DNA from: Octopus vulgaris
Lineage: Eukaryota
Assembly: GCA_951406725.2 (NCBI GenBank)
Contig: OX597818.1
Coordinates: 27,920,001 to 27,982,000 of the forward strand
Direction of reading: 5' to 3'
DNA: 62,000 nt
Shown here: piece after piece, positions 50,546-62,000 of the stretch
Numbering within the stretch: position 1 is the first letter of the stretch
Layout: each line of letters opens with the position of its first letter
The notes under the pieces: model-generated
What the model saw: only the letters and a program-made list of their open reading frames with translations
Database searches by the model: none
Told to the model about the DNA's origin: nothing
Made by a program: the position numbers and the translations under genes

Positions 50546-53500
50546 TAACAACAATAACAATAATAATAATAGACTTGGATACAGCAATGAACCCTAATAA
50601 ATTAGCTAACATACGAAGATACATTCTCAACACAAAAAAAATATCAGAAATAGAAATAGAACATCTAAAAGAAAACATACATCAGGAAAATGTAGATAGA
50701 AGCCACACAACAATGCCCAATAATATAAACACTGAAACTGTAAAACACGAAGACAAACGCAACATTCCCAACAAACACGATGTAAACAACGAAGGGGAGC
50801 CTAATGATTATGATAATATAAAAAATAAAATAATCAAAGAACTGAAAACCACAGAGCTCAAAATGGACCACCGACCATACCTCCCAAGAATCAAAATAAA
50901 CGAAATAACAACACCAATTATAAACAGCATAAACCTAGCCGTCACTGAACTGATAGTCACTGAAACAAAAAAAAGTGATATCACTGAGCTAAATGACTTA
51001 ATATACACAGCAGCCACTGCAGCCACAAAAGAAGCTGGATACTCACCCAAACCCACGCAAACAGGAGTACCACCACCCAAACAAACCCTGTGGATAAATA
51101 ACATCTAAAACAAAATAAAAAAAAAATTAGAAAAGACCTGTCGATTCTTAATGAAATCAGCAAACAATCAACGCTACTGAGCAACAAAAAGAGAACAAAA
51201 ATACTCCGCAAATATAACATCACAGAGAAAGATTTGCCTGAGATAAAAGAAAAGCTGAAGCAAGATATCCTTGCCAAAGCACAAAGGATCTGCCGGTACG
51301 AGAAACACCAATGCTTCTTTGAACAAAACAAAAAGTTCAACTCCAACCCCAAAAAGTTCTACCAAGAACTGGGCAAAAATAAAATAGAAGTCACTGCAGC
51401 ACCAACGGCAGAAGAATTGGAAGAATTCTGGAGAGAAATATGGTCGGCGAACGAACAACCAAAAAAAGGAGTATCAAAATAACAAACTCGGCATCTGAAC
51501 AACTTTGGACCCCCATAACAACTGAAGAGGTCACCCAGGCACTGCAAAGACTAAGCAACTGGAAGGCACCTGGGCATGACAAGATCCCCAACTTCTGGTT
51601 GAAATATCTAACAGGAATGCACAAAAAGCAGGCTGAAAACTTTAACAACATACTAGCAGAGCCAGAGACAATGCCTGAATGGCTCACGAAGGGGAAAACC
51701 ATCTTAATTCCCAAATCAAATGAAACAGAAAAACCAGAAAACTACAGACCAATAACCTGCCTCCCTACTATGTTCAAGGCATTTACTGCAGTGATATCGC
51801 AAAGGCTGAACAAGCACCTGGACGAAAACAAACTGTTCCCAGAAGAGCAGATAGGATGCCGCAAAGGCTCATATGGCTGTAAAGATCAACTAATGATTAA
51901 TAAAGCCGTAACTGAAGACAGCCACAGAAAGAAGAAAGGCCTCAGTATGGCCTGGATTGACTACAAAAAGGCGTTTGATAGCATCCCCCACACATGGATC
52001 CTCGAAACACTAGCCATTAACAAAGTAGCATCAACAATCATAAAATTCATAGAGCACTCTATGAATAAATGGCAAACAGTCCTACACCTCCAAACAAAAG
52101 AGGGACTCATGAAAACCAAAGACATCCCCATTAGAAGAGGAATATTCCAGGGAGACACGCTCTCTCCACTCCTTTTCTGCTTAGCACTGTCACCTCTATC
52201 TGATATACTAAATAGAACTGGATGCGGATATAAATGTTACGGCAAAACGATCAGCCACCTTTTATATATGGATGACCTAAAACTATACGCTGCAAATGAC
52301 AAACAGCTGGAAACACTATTAAAGACAGTTCATGGATTTACCAAAGAAATAGATATGAAATTTGGATTAGAAAAATGCGCCAAAGTAACCATGAAAAGAG
52401 GAAAACTAGTTAAGAGTAACAACATCACACTAGATAAAACCAATGAAATAAAAGAATTAGACCAAAGCCAAACTTACAAATACTTAGGAATCCATGAACT
52501 AGATAAGACACAACACACACAAATGAAAGAGAAAATAAAAAAAGAATATTATAGACGAGTTAGATCAATACTAAAAACAGAGCTCAATGCTAAAAACAAG
52601 ATAATAGGTATCAACACTTTAGCTGTCCCAGTTACAAGTTACAGCTACAATATCCTTAACTGGACACGAAATGAACTGACCAAAATAGATAGGAAAACAA
52701 GAAAAATAATGACAGGATCTAGGATGCATCACTCAAAATCTGACATAGAAAGACTATATATACAACGTATAGAAGGTGGTAGAGGCCTTATACAGCTGGA
52801 AAACTACTATAAAATAACCACCATAGGACTGCAAAAATATCTACTTCAGAAGGAAGGAAAACTGATCCAGATAGCGGCAAAACACGAGCAAAACAAAAAA
52901 CTGTTCTCAGTATTTAAGGAAGCTGACAAATACAAACAAGAAATCATACCACCTAATAAACAAGAAGAAGAAGAAGAAGAAGAAGAAGAAGAAGAAGATG
53001 AAGAAACAACAAAAGCTATAAAACAAATGAAATCCAAACTAAAAATAGAATAGCAACGAACTATGATAAAACGATGGCAAGAAAAGCCCCTTCATGGTAA
53101 ATACTGGACTAAACTAAACGCAAAAGAAATAGACAAAAAAAAAATCCCAGCAATGGTTGAGAAGCTCAGGACTCAAAGCAGAAACAGAGGGATTTTTAAT
53201 TGCAGCACAAGACCAAAGCCTCCCCACCAGAAATTACCAAAAACATGTAATGAAAAGAAATATTACAAGTAACTGCAGAATATGTGGAGATGGACAAGAA
53301 ACAATAAATCATATTATCTCTAGCTGCCCAGTCCTGGCTAAGAAGGAATATATTCACAGACATGACAGAGTTGGAACCTACATACATTGGAAGCTATGCC
53401 AACATTATGGAATAACAACAGAAAAAAGATGGTATAGGCACACACCAGAAAAGGTCACAGAAAACGAGAAAGCAACCATACTCTGGGATATGCCGATACA

Positions 53501-53936
53501 CACAGATAGAGAAATTAAGGCCAACAGACCAGATATAGTTGTCAGAGATCATGAAGAAAAAAATGCTTTCTAATTGATGTATCAATACCGGCAGATGACA
53601 ACGTGTCTCTAAAAGAAATGGAGAAACTCTCAAAATACAAAGACCTGGAAATAGAGGTAACTAGAATGTGGAATCTGAAAACAGAAACAATTCCTATCAT
53701 AGTAGGTGCATTAGGCATGATAAAAAAATATTCAAACAAATACATAACAAAAACACCAGGACTTACAAACACATATAACATACAGAAAATTGCACTACTA
53801 GGCACTGCACACATCCTACGCAGAACACTTTCCATACAATAACCATCAGAGCATCACAACAAATCACAGCACATACCCAAGGCACACAGAGCTGCGCTCG
53901 GTAGTGAAGTGAAAGCACGCTATAAAAATAAAACTA

Positions 53937-53940
<4 letters not shown>
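50540..53940 (+). mobile_element. R4/Dong-clade non-LTR retrotransposon, near full-length (RT + CCHC + restriction-like endonuclease)
   Basis: 537-aa RT ORF (NYRPITCL, WIDYKKAFD, GIFQGDTLSP, LYMDDLKL), CRICGDGQETINHIISSC, NRPDIVV, IGALG. Few frameshifts/stops. (AAT)n on both sides. Confidence 0.95.
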
Positions 53941-53993
<53 letters not shown>

Positions 53994-56629
53994 CAATATT
54001 ATTATTATTTTACCTATTGTAACTGTCGTAATAAAACCAAATGTCCTATTAATAACCAATGTATTAGAGAAAATATTGTATGTAAATGTTCAATTAAGGC
54101 TCTTGGTAATAAACATATCTACATTGGTGCATCCTCTTCATCATTTGAAATTAGATGGAATAATCCTAGATCTACATTTAGATATAAAGAAAAGCTAATC
54201 ATACATCCCTACGTAATTTTGTACATGCATTAAGGGTTAGTAATATTGAATACAAAATTTATTGGTCACTATTCGATTATGTGCAACATTATAGTGGTGT
54301 GGTCTTTGAATATCAGAAGCATTTTTAAAATAGTAAAAATAGCGTAATTATGATTATAATTGGCATGATGAACTTATTTTAAGCTGCCAACTTGTTAAAT
54401 ATTAATCTTTTCTATACTGTAAACCTATATAACATTATACTTATAATATAATTAGTTTCTTTTTCTTGTGTTATTTGTGGCATTTTGATCTGATAGTTGT
54501 ATTTGCACTGTTATATTTATACTTAAGGTGGTGAGCTGGCAAAATCATTAGCACACCAGGCAAAATGCTTAGTAGTATTTCGTCTTCTGCTGCATTCTGA
54601 GTTCAAATTTCGCTCAAGTCAGCTTAGCCTTTCATTCTCTCAGGGTCAATAAATTAAGTACCAGTGAAACACTGGGATTGACTAGTCCCCTCCTGCCAAA
54701 TTTCAGGCCTTGTGCCTTTCGTAGAAAGGATTATTATATTTATACTTGTTTCCATTACTATTCTTTTTTTTCTACAAAATGCCTACTTATATATATGTAC
54801 GCATGAGTATGTATGTGTATGTATATGTATGTTTCTCTCACTCTTTCTCCTTCTGTCACTATATATATATTTATACTCACGTACACATAAGTATACACAT
54901 GATAAAGGGGTAGGTATGTACATATATGTAGACATGCACATAGGAGACACACAGACAACTACCATTACATACAGTCCGTGCACTTATATATATGCACATA
55001 TATATTTGCAGATATATACATTTACACACACAATATAGATATACATACGCACACATACATATACACATATTTAAATAGACACAGGTGTATAAAAAAACAC
55101 AGAGATAGCTGCCTCTACATGTTACCAGTGAAAAACTGTGCATGTATGTATAAAACATTAATGTATACCAAATGCAGTGATTGTACATGTACCTAAATAA
55201 ATAACAAAATACATCTAATTTATGAGTACAAAACTCTAGACACAATCCTAGATATAGAACTTAATCATTATAGTACAAACTGAAGGCATTGCAAGACCAA
55301 CTCACCAATTACCTTGCATCCCAACACTTTTCATTCAGCTTTTCCCTAACAATATTATGTTATATAATTTTATTTTATTTTATTATTCACTTTTCTCTGG
55401 TTTCATATGCCAAACCTCCATAGATTCTGATGTATCATTCCATGATTGATCTAATCAATGGCCTTTGCAAAATTGATATATATCACATTCACTGATGAGT
55501 GATTCTTTGTTTCAACACCCAGTTATAATGCTGCAAAAGCTGTGTAATGCAACTTCTTCTTGAGTGGAAGCCATGCTAGGTGTCAGGGAGCAATTCATTA
55601 TCTTCAAGGAATGTGATCAATTTCCTCTTGACAATGCGTTCCATGAGATGGACATAAGAGATGTTGGCGGTCGGTGGTCAGGCCAAGAAAGAAAGATATA
55701 TATATATGGCAGAGGAGTGGCTGTGTGGTAAGAAGCTTGCTTCTTACCACATGGTTCCAGGATCAGACCCACTGCATAGTACCTTGGGCAAGTGTCTTCT
55801 ACTATAGCCTTGGGCCGACAAAAGCCTTGTGAGTAGATTTGGTAGATGGAAACTGAAAGAAGCCTGTAACATATATATATATATATGTATGTATATGTAT
55901 GTATGTATTTGTTATTTGTACTTGACAACCAATGTTGGTGTGTTTACATTCCCATTACTTAGTAGTTTGGCAAAAAGAAACCGATTGAATAAGTCCTAGG
56001 CTTACAAAGAATAAGTCCTGGGGAAGATTTGTTCAACTAAAGGCAGTGCTCCAGTATGGCACAATCAAATGACTGAAACAAGTAAAAGCAAAGAATACTC
56101 AGTAATCTCTTACCATATCGTGGTTTATTTAAGATTACGTTGTTTCCTCCTTGGTGTTGTTTTGCATAAATAAATATACACAAAAAAAGTAATAAAAAAT
56201 ATACAGTACAATACTGTTTCTACTTCATGGATTTTTACCTATCATAGAGGATTTGGAATATAACATCTGTGATAGTCAAGGGATTACTGTATATATATAC
56301 ACACACACACACATATGTATGTATATATAATGCAAGGGAGATGATAATTTGAGAGTAGTTCCTCCTGTTGGGCATATTTGTTTGTTTGCTCTAAATCCAT
56401 GTGTGATCTCATGTGATTTTACTGTTTTCATTCAAGCAGCCACATTCCATGTGACAGACTTGGTAATAGCTAAGAGATACCTGTCTTACCATAAAACCAT
56501 TGGTAACCAGGTTAACCTACAATTAAAAACTATCCACCAATGCAGTGTGAAGCACTCATTCTCCTTGTGCAATATTAACATATGTATGTATGTATGTATG
56601 TATATATATATATATATAGGTGTGTAACT

Positions 56630-56875
56630 GTTGAATGTGGATTTGTCCTTTAATTTGGAGGTTTCCAAAAATGATTTCTGATGTTGGTTCTTCATACGTT
56701 GCTGGGAGTTTACAGGTGTAAATTTGCAAAGATATGAAAGTAGTACTTGTATATAATATATGGTGAATTTATGGAATGAAGTTCCATAAAATTCATTAAT
56801 TTAGTTAAAAACAGAGGAGACAAGTTGTTAAAATATATGTTTAATCCTTGAAGATGATCATTTCGAACAGAGACA
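56630..56875 (-). mobile_element. Second copy of the pLTR-like fragment
   Basis: Aligns by eye with 60290-60500 (shared cctttaatttggagg, gtgaatttatggaa and ETSKLK frame). Confidence 0.5.
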
Positions 56876-56917
56876 TAATAATAATGATGATGATGGTGAT
56901 GGTGATGATGGTGGTGG

Positions 56918-56997
<80 letters not shown>

Positions 56998-57589
56998 TAA
57001 ATTCATGATTGGATAAAATAAAATTAATTACGTATCAACATACTCTTCAGTGCAGGAAGTAAAAACCATAATACGAAGAACTTGAGAAGGAATATAGTAG
57101 AAAAATTGAATCTAGGAGATTCATACTTTTATCTGTGTGGAAAAGAGATGTGAGTCATGTCAGATATATAACTAACAGCTACAACAGATATTTGAAGATA
57201 TAAGTAAAGAGGTATCATAGATGTTCCCTCTATAGATGAGTATGGAAATTAGAGATTTAAACTCCAAATAAGTAGCATAGGGCAAATATGTATCAGAGGT
57301 GTCCAATTGAATGACACTCCTAGGTTTGAATTAAAAGATGAGCTAATCGTTGAAATCATTACATAGTATAATGTATTTTTTAAAATATTTCTATACATAT
57401 GAATGATGTTTGTGCAATATTGATGGAATATTTTCCACATAACACAAATCATGTAGCACTCCCAGCGGCATTGGAGAGAGTAGAGATAGATTTTTTTTTT
57501 TGTTGACCCCAATAATCAATGCTTTTCATGCTGTCTATCTTTCTTGTTATTGACCTTTGGAGTGCTTCTACTTTCATAATGAGTTATTT

Positions 57590-58045
57590 CGTATGGGAGG
57601 ACCACACTGGGCAACAGTATTCAAGGTGGGGTTGGGCAAAAGTAGAGTAGAGAAAGATGATGAATGTAGGCATCTCTAGACCAGAAAGTTCTCAGAATCC
57701 AGGAGTACATCTTGTGGGCCAAGTCAACTTTGCTGTTTACGTGGGAACTACAGCTTAGATTGTTATCAACAATTACTCCAAGGTCTCTGGTGTTGTTGGA
57801 TGACACTGGGGAGTCGCCTGAGGGAAGAGCATATGGTAATTTCAGAGTTTCCTCTTTTCCAAAGTGGATCAAATCAAACTTATCTTCCTTTAAAAGCATA
57901 TTGCTTTTTTTCCCACCCATTGGACAATAGCAAACAGATCTGACTGAAGGCATGTTCAGTCTCACATGCCGTTTATGGCTTTCTGGAGTTGGGAATCATC
58001 TGCAATGATCTTCAATGTAGAATGTTTGATGACATCTACAGTATA
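57590..58045 (-). mobile_element. CR1-group RT fragment
   Basis: LKIIADDSQL, KFDLIHFG, RDLGVIVDNNLS..WILRTF. Confidence 0.8.
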
Positions 58046-58046
58046 A

Positions 58047-58086
<40 letters not shown>

Positions 58087-58169
58087 TCATTATCATCATC
58101 GTTTTCCATACCGGCATGGGTTGGGCAGTTTGACTGGGGACTGGCATATATATATATATATATAATTAT

Positions 58170-60265
58170 AACATGAAAACCTACAGACCCCCCCCCTTTC
58201 AATCCTGCACTATTGAAGCTGGAGAAATACCTCATTAACCTGGTGAAAAAACTTAAATTCTCTTGAACCACAAACCACATCCAAAAGAAAATAACTGACA
58301 TTATTTCTCAAATTAAAAATTCTGATAACATACATGTTCTCTCTCATAAAATGGGAAAACTATATTCACTACCTACTGACGCCTATAATAACTTTATTTT
58401 GAAGGAATTGATCTCTAAATATAAAATAGTGGCTAGTAATAGATTGAATGAAATTAATAAGAAACATTTCGATTTAATTAAAGAGCTAAAACTACTAGAT
58501 AGAATTGAACCCTATGCCCCTAAAATCCCACACTTCACCTTTAAGGACCACAAAGCCAACTTCGAGAGCAAACCAACTGTTAGACTAATCTGCCCAACCA
58601 AACTGGATCTGGACAGAGTTAGTAAATCTATCATCAATAGAATTATCCCTCATATTAAAAGGAACATGAACCTCCCACTTTGGGTATTCACGGGAGATGT
58701 CATAACTTGGTTCTGCTCTTCAAATAACAAAAAGAAAACCTGCTTTATTCAATTTGACATTAGTAATTACTACCAGTCCATTAAACCTGATTTACTAGAC
58801 AAAAGGGATCTTTTCGGTTTGAACGGCAGTTTTTAACATTATTTCTAGGTAACTAAAAAATTTTAAACTTCGTATACTGGTAGAATGTGTTTATAAAACA
58901 TCTTTTTCTCTTGGCTTTATTGAGAAAATTCTATAGTTTGTAAGATATTTGTTGTTTTTTCCTTCAATTTCTGCAATTTCAACCAATCAATGACGTCTAT
59001 TGAGATAAAAAAAACATTCTGTGCAGTATGAATATGTCCCTCGTTTAAGAAACAGATTGGGTTTATTTACATTTGAGAAGAAAAAAAGATACCCTTCACC
59101 CCACCCCTAACCCTAACCCTAACTAACCCTAAAACAGATTGAAATGCAATAGATCGATACTAGGGTCATAATTATGGGTGACAATTTCATATGACACTGC
59201 TAGAAAAAACTGCAATTCAAACCAAAAAGATCCGACAAAAGTATTAAATTTGTAAAGAAATTTACTAGTATCATGCCTTTGGAGAAAAATATCATATTTA
59301 CCACAAGGAAAATACTGATATCCTTCAAAAATAGAACATGCCCCCAATCTGACCTTCACGATGACTTTGATGTTACAATGGGAAGTTTGGATTCTGCCCA
59401 GGTCACAGATATTGCTGGACTATTTCTAATCTCTAAAATTAGGGAAAAACTCCCTAATATTAGTGGAGGCCTATATAGAGATGATGCCTTAGTTGCCATA
59501 TCTGAATCCTCTGCACAATCAACTGATAGAATTAGGAAAAAGTTTGTGAAATTTATTAAATTATACAAATTAGATATCATATTTGAAAATGTCTCTAAAT
59601 GTGTTAACATATTGGATGTAACATTAAATTTGGAAAGCCTAACAAAACTATTAAGTATATCCACACCTTATCAATCATCCCCAAAGTGTCATTAAGGGAA
59701 TAATTAGAGGTGTGTCAATAAGAATATCTAATTTATCTGCAAATGAAAATATGTTTAACAAGTTAGCACCCCTTTATAATACAGCATTAAAAGACTGATT
59801 TTAACAGTAAAATATACTATATTAGGCAAACAGTTTCCAAATATTACAAATTCTAACATTGACACACATCCTATAAACAACCCACCGAATATAGAAACCA
59901 ACAACACTTTAGAAGACACTATAGATTTTTCAAGTATAGCAATAACGATATGGAGCAGAATAGGAACCATTCTGGGAGGAAACGAAAAATTGTATGGTTT
60001 ACACCCCACTTCTCCCTCCAGATAAGAAACCTCTCTAACTTACTTTTTAAGCATTATCGATAGGAACTTCCCACCTGGCCATAGATACAATTCTATGTTT
60101 AATAGATTGTGTCTTAAATTATCTTATTCTACCACAAACAATCTTGGATCTATCATCACAGCCAATAATAGACTTAAACTTAGAAGTAATGAAACCAATA
60201 GAGATAACCTAGCTGACCCCAACACGAAGAACAATAATAAGGACTTGGATATTAAAAACAAATAA
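58170..60265 (+). mobile_element. Penelope-like element RT region, split by a MITE and 3'-truncated
   Basis: FTFKDHKANF..RLICPTK..FIQFDISNYYQSI, then FDVTMGSLDSAQV..GGLYRDDAL, and later FPPGHRYNSMFNR..KLSYS. Confidence 0.9.
58806..59233. mobile_element. Non-autonomous TIR element, 8-bp TSD, carrying (CCCTAA)n
   Basis: TSD GACAAAAG at 58798-805 and 59234-41. TIR GGATCTTTTCGGTTTGAA. Excising it restores the PLE reading frame. Confidence 0.9.
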
Positions 60266-60289
60266 ATATGTATATATAAATGTATATGT

Positions 60290-60570
60290 AAAAAGGTTGA
60301 ATTAGATTCATCCTTTAATTTGGAGGTCTCAAAAAAAGATTTCTAATATAGATTCTTCATATTTTTGCTAGTAGCTTACTGGTGTAAAATTGTGAATATG
60401 AAAATAATACTTGTCTGTGGTGTGTTGTGAATTTATGGAAAGAAATCCCATAAAACTCAACAATTTTGATAAAATGAAGAAGAGAAGGTGTTAAAATACA
60501 TAAGAGAATTTTAAAATACTCTTATATATTTTAACACCTTCCCTTCTCCACTTTGGGTCTTCAGAGAGGA
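60290..60570 (-). mobile_element. pLTR-like fragment: decayed long-stem hammerhead followed by an ORF start (MGFLSINS)
   Basis: CTGAAGA on the - strand (60558-64), 36-bp hairpin 60471-60554. Homologous to 56630-56870. Confidence 0.5.
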
Positions 60571-60799
60571 AGGACTAAGTAATATCCTTCATAAAGGATA
60601 TTAATATTTACCAATTCTATCATCAAAGAATTAAAGAGTATCTTTAATGAAAGATATTAGTAGTTGCCAGTTTGATCATTGAAGACAGAATGAGGTAGAT
60701 TTATAGTGGAAGGCTTATGGGGAATACAGGACAGTATCAAAGAAAGAGAGTCATGAATACTAAGGAGTAGATAGAGACTATTCTGGTATGGTGAAGGCA

Positions 60800-61059
60800 T
60801 ATTATTTACATTATTTTCATTTGACAGATATTTGTCCTCATCTTGTTTGTTGTTAACACGTTTTGGCTGATATACCCTCCAGCTTTCATCAGGTGTCTTG
60901 GGGAAATTTCGAACCTGGGTTCTCATTCCTAAGGTATTTTTCGATGTTGTTGTTGTTGTTGTTATTATCATTATTATTATTATTTAGGTCACTACTTGGA
61001 ATTGAACTCGGAATCTTGGGGTTAGTAGCCTGCGCTCTTAACCACTATGCCATATGCCC
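60800..61059 (-). mobile_element. tRNA-headed SINE-like element with a hammerhead-core tail
   Basis: A box TGGCATAGTGG (61052-61042), B box GAGTTCAATTCC (61009-60998), (AAT/AAC)n linker, then GACAC-CTGATGA-AAGCTG-loop-CAGCC-AAAAC-GTGTT. Confidence 0.75.
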
Positions 61060-61063
61060 ATGA

Positions 61064-61070
61064 GCAGTGA

Positions 61071-61111
<41 letters not shown>

Positions 61112-61270
61112 GCATCGAAAAATACCTTAGGAATGAGAACCCAAGTTCAAAATTTCCCCAAGACACCTGATGAAGGCTGGAGGGTATATCAGCCGAAACA
61201 TGTTAACAACAAACAAGATGAGGACAAATATCCATCAAATGTAAATAATTCCTCATCTCTTAAATATAGA
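61064..61270 (+). mobile_element. 5'-truncated inverted second copy of the tRNA/hammerhead element
   Basis: GCAGTGACC+(AAT)n, then GACAC-CTGATGA(61167-73)-A-GGCTG-loop-CAGCC-GAAAC(61195-99)-ATGTT. Confidence 0.75.
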
Positions 61271-61457
61271 ACTGTGAAAGCATATTGTTTTTGTTTTCTT
61301 TTTGTTTTAGTCACAGTTCAAGTTAGAAGTTTAGTAGTAAACTAGCCCAAGCACTTATTGTACATACCTATTACAAACACACACACATGAAATGCTAGAA
61401 ATCATTTACTACACACTGAAATAATAAATTTTTCATTTTCCATTTCTTTTCTTAAAG

Positions 61458-61499
61458 GCACTGAAGATTATTATGCAAGTATTTCAGAAACACTTGACA
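61458..61499 (+). CDS. IgSF receptor, cytoplasmic exon with Tyr motif (TEDYYASISETLD)
   Basis: Strong acceptor ttttccatttcttttcttaaAG, donor GTAAGT at 61500, phase 1-1. No stop codon, so the gene continues beyond this exon. Confidence 0.7.
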
Positions 61500-61553
61500 G
61501 TAAGTATAATTAACACCAAATAATAAATAGCTTTATATTTGATATTGGTTTTA

Positions 61554-61600
61554 AAATTACTAACCTTCTACCATGAACATTGGTAGAAGGTTAGTAATTT
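61554..61600. repeat. Perfect 20-bp hairpin
   Basis: AAATTACTAACCTTCTACCA-tgaacat-TGGTAGAAGGTTAGTAATTT. Confidence 0.95.
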
Positions 61601-61807
61601 CAGGGGAGAGGAAATTCAATTTCATCGACTCCATTACTCAACCTGTACTTTTTTTAAAACCCTGGAGGAGTGAAAGGCCAAGTTGACCTGAGCAGAATTT
61701 GAACTCAGAACATGAAGACAGACAAAATGCTGCTAAACATTTTGCCTGGCATGCTAAAGCTTCTGGCAGCCTGCCTCCTTAGTTTTATATTTGATATTAT
61801 TTTATAC

Positions 61808-61838
<31 letters not shown>

Positions 61839-62000
61839 TGTATGTATGTATGTATGTATGTATGTATGTATGTATGTATGTATGTATGTATGTATGTATG
61901 CATGTATGTATGTGTGTATGTATGAATGAATGTATACTTGCATGCATGTATATATGTGTGTATGCATGTGCATGTATATATGTGTGTGTATATATATATG

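Noticed and set aside
57020-57055. CTGAAGA-GTAT/ATAC-GTAA on the - strand
   Set aside because: GAAA is mutated and there is no stem I partner; cannot be told from chance.
59101-59132. Chromosome-end or fusion scar
   Set aside because: Only about five units, lying inside a TSD-flanked TIR element.
60990-61059. Functional tRNA gene
   Set aside because: A and B boxes are present but the acceptor and anticodon stems do not pair; it is a SINE head.

Overview
AT-rich, microsatellite-dense eukaryotic DNA. The SINE/LINE types point to an octopus or other coleoid cephalopod (inference). Most of the window is one + strand gene for a type I membrane immunoglobulin-superfamily receptor: five Ig exons that are all phase 1-1 (6890-7201, 12210-12530, 20902-21156, 22966-23220, 25220-25528), a transmembrane exon (26477-26578), a 19-nt microexon (32819-32837) and a cytoplasmic exon with a Tyr motif (61458-61499). 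The leader exon and stop codon were not securely found. Two consecutive introns need GC donors, and the exon-3 acceptor abuts the YADD motif of an L1-like relic. The introns hold decayed RTE, CR1-like, L1/Tx1, R4/Dong, Penelope-like (PLE), Tc1/mariner, MITE and tRNA-SINE copies. The most notable hidden layer is a set of ribozyme motifs. An intact extended type I hammerhead (6308-6368) sits in a 353-nt highly structured unit with a 27-nt terminal direct repeat (retrozyme-like). There is also a minimal PLE-type hammerhead (5520-5599), a perfect 99-bp fold-back containing a hammerhead 3' half (39241-39446), an inverted pair of tRNA-headed hammerhead-core elements (60800-61270), a decayed pLTR hammerhead and a candidate HDV-like fold (38302-38380). 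PLE RT and GIY-YIG remnants lie in the same window. All calls were made by eye; no searches or folding programs were run.
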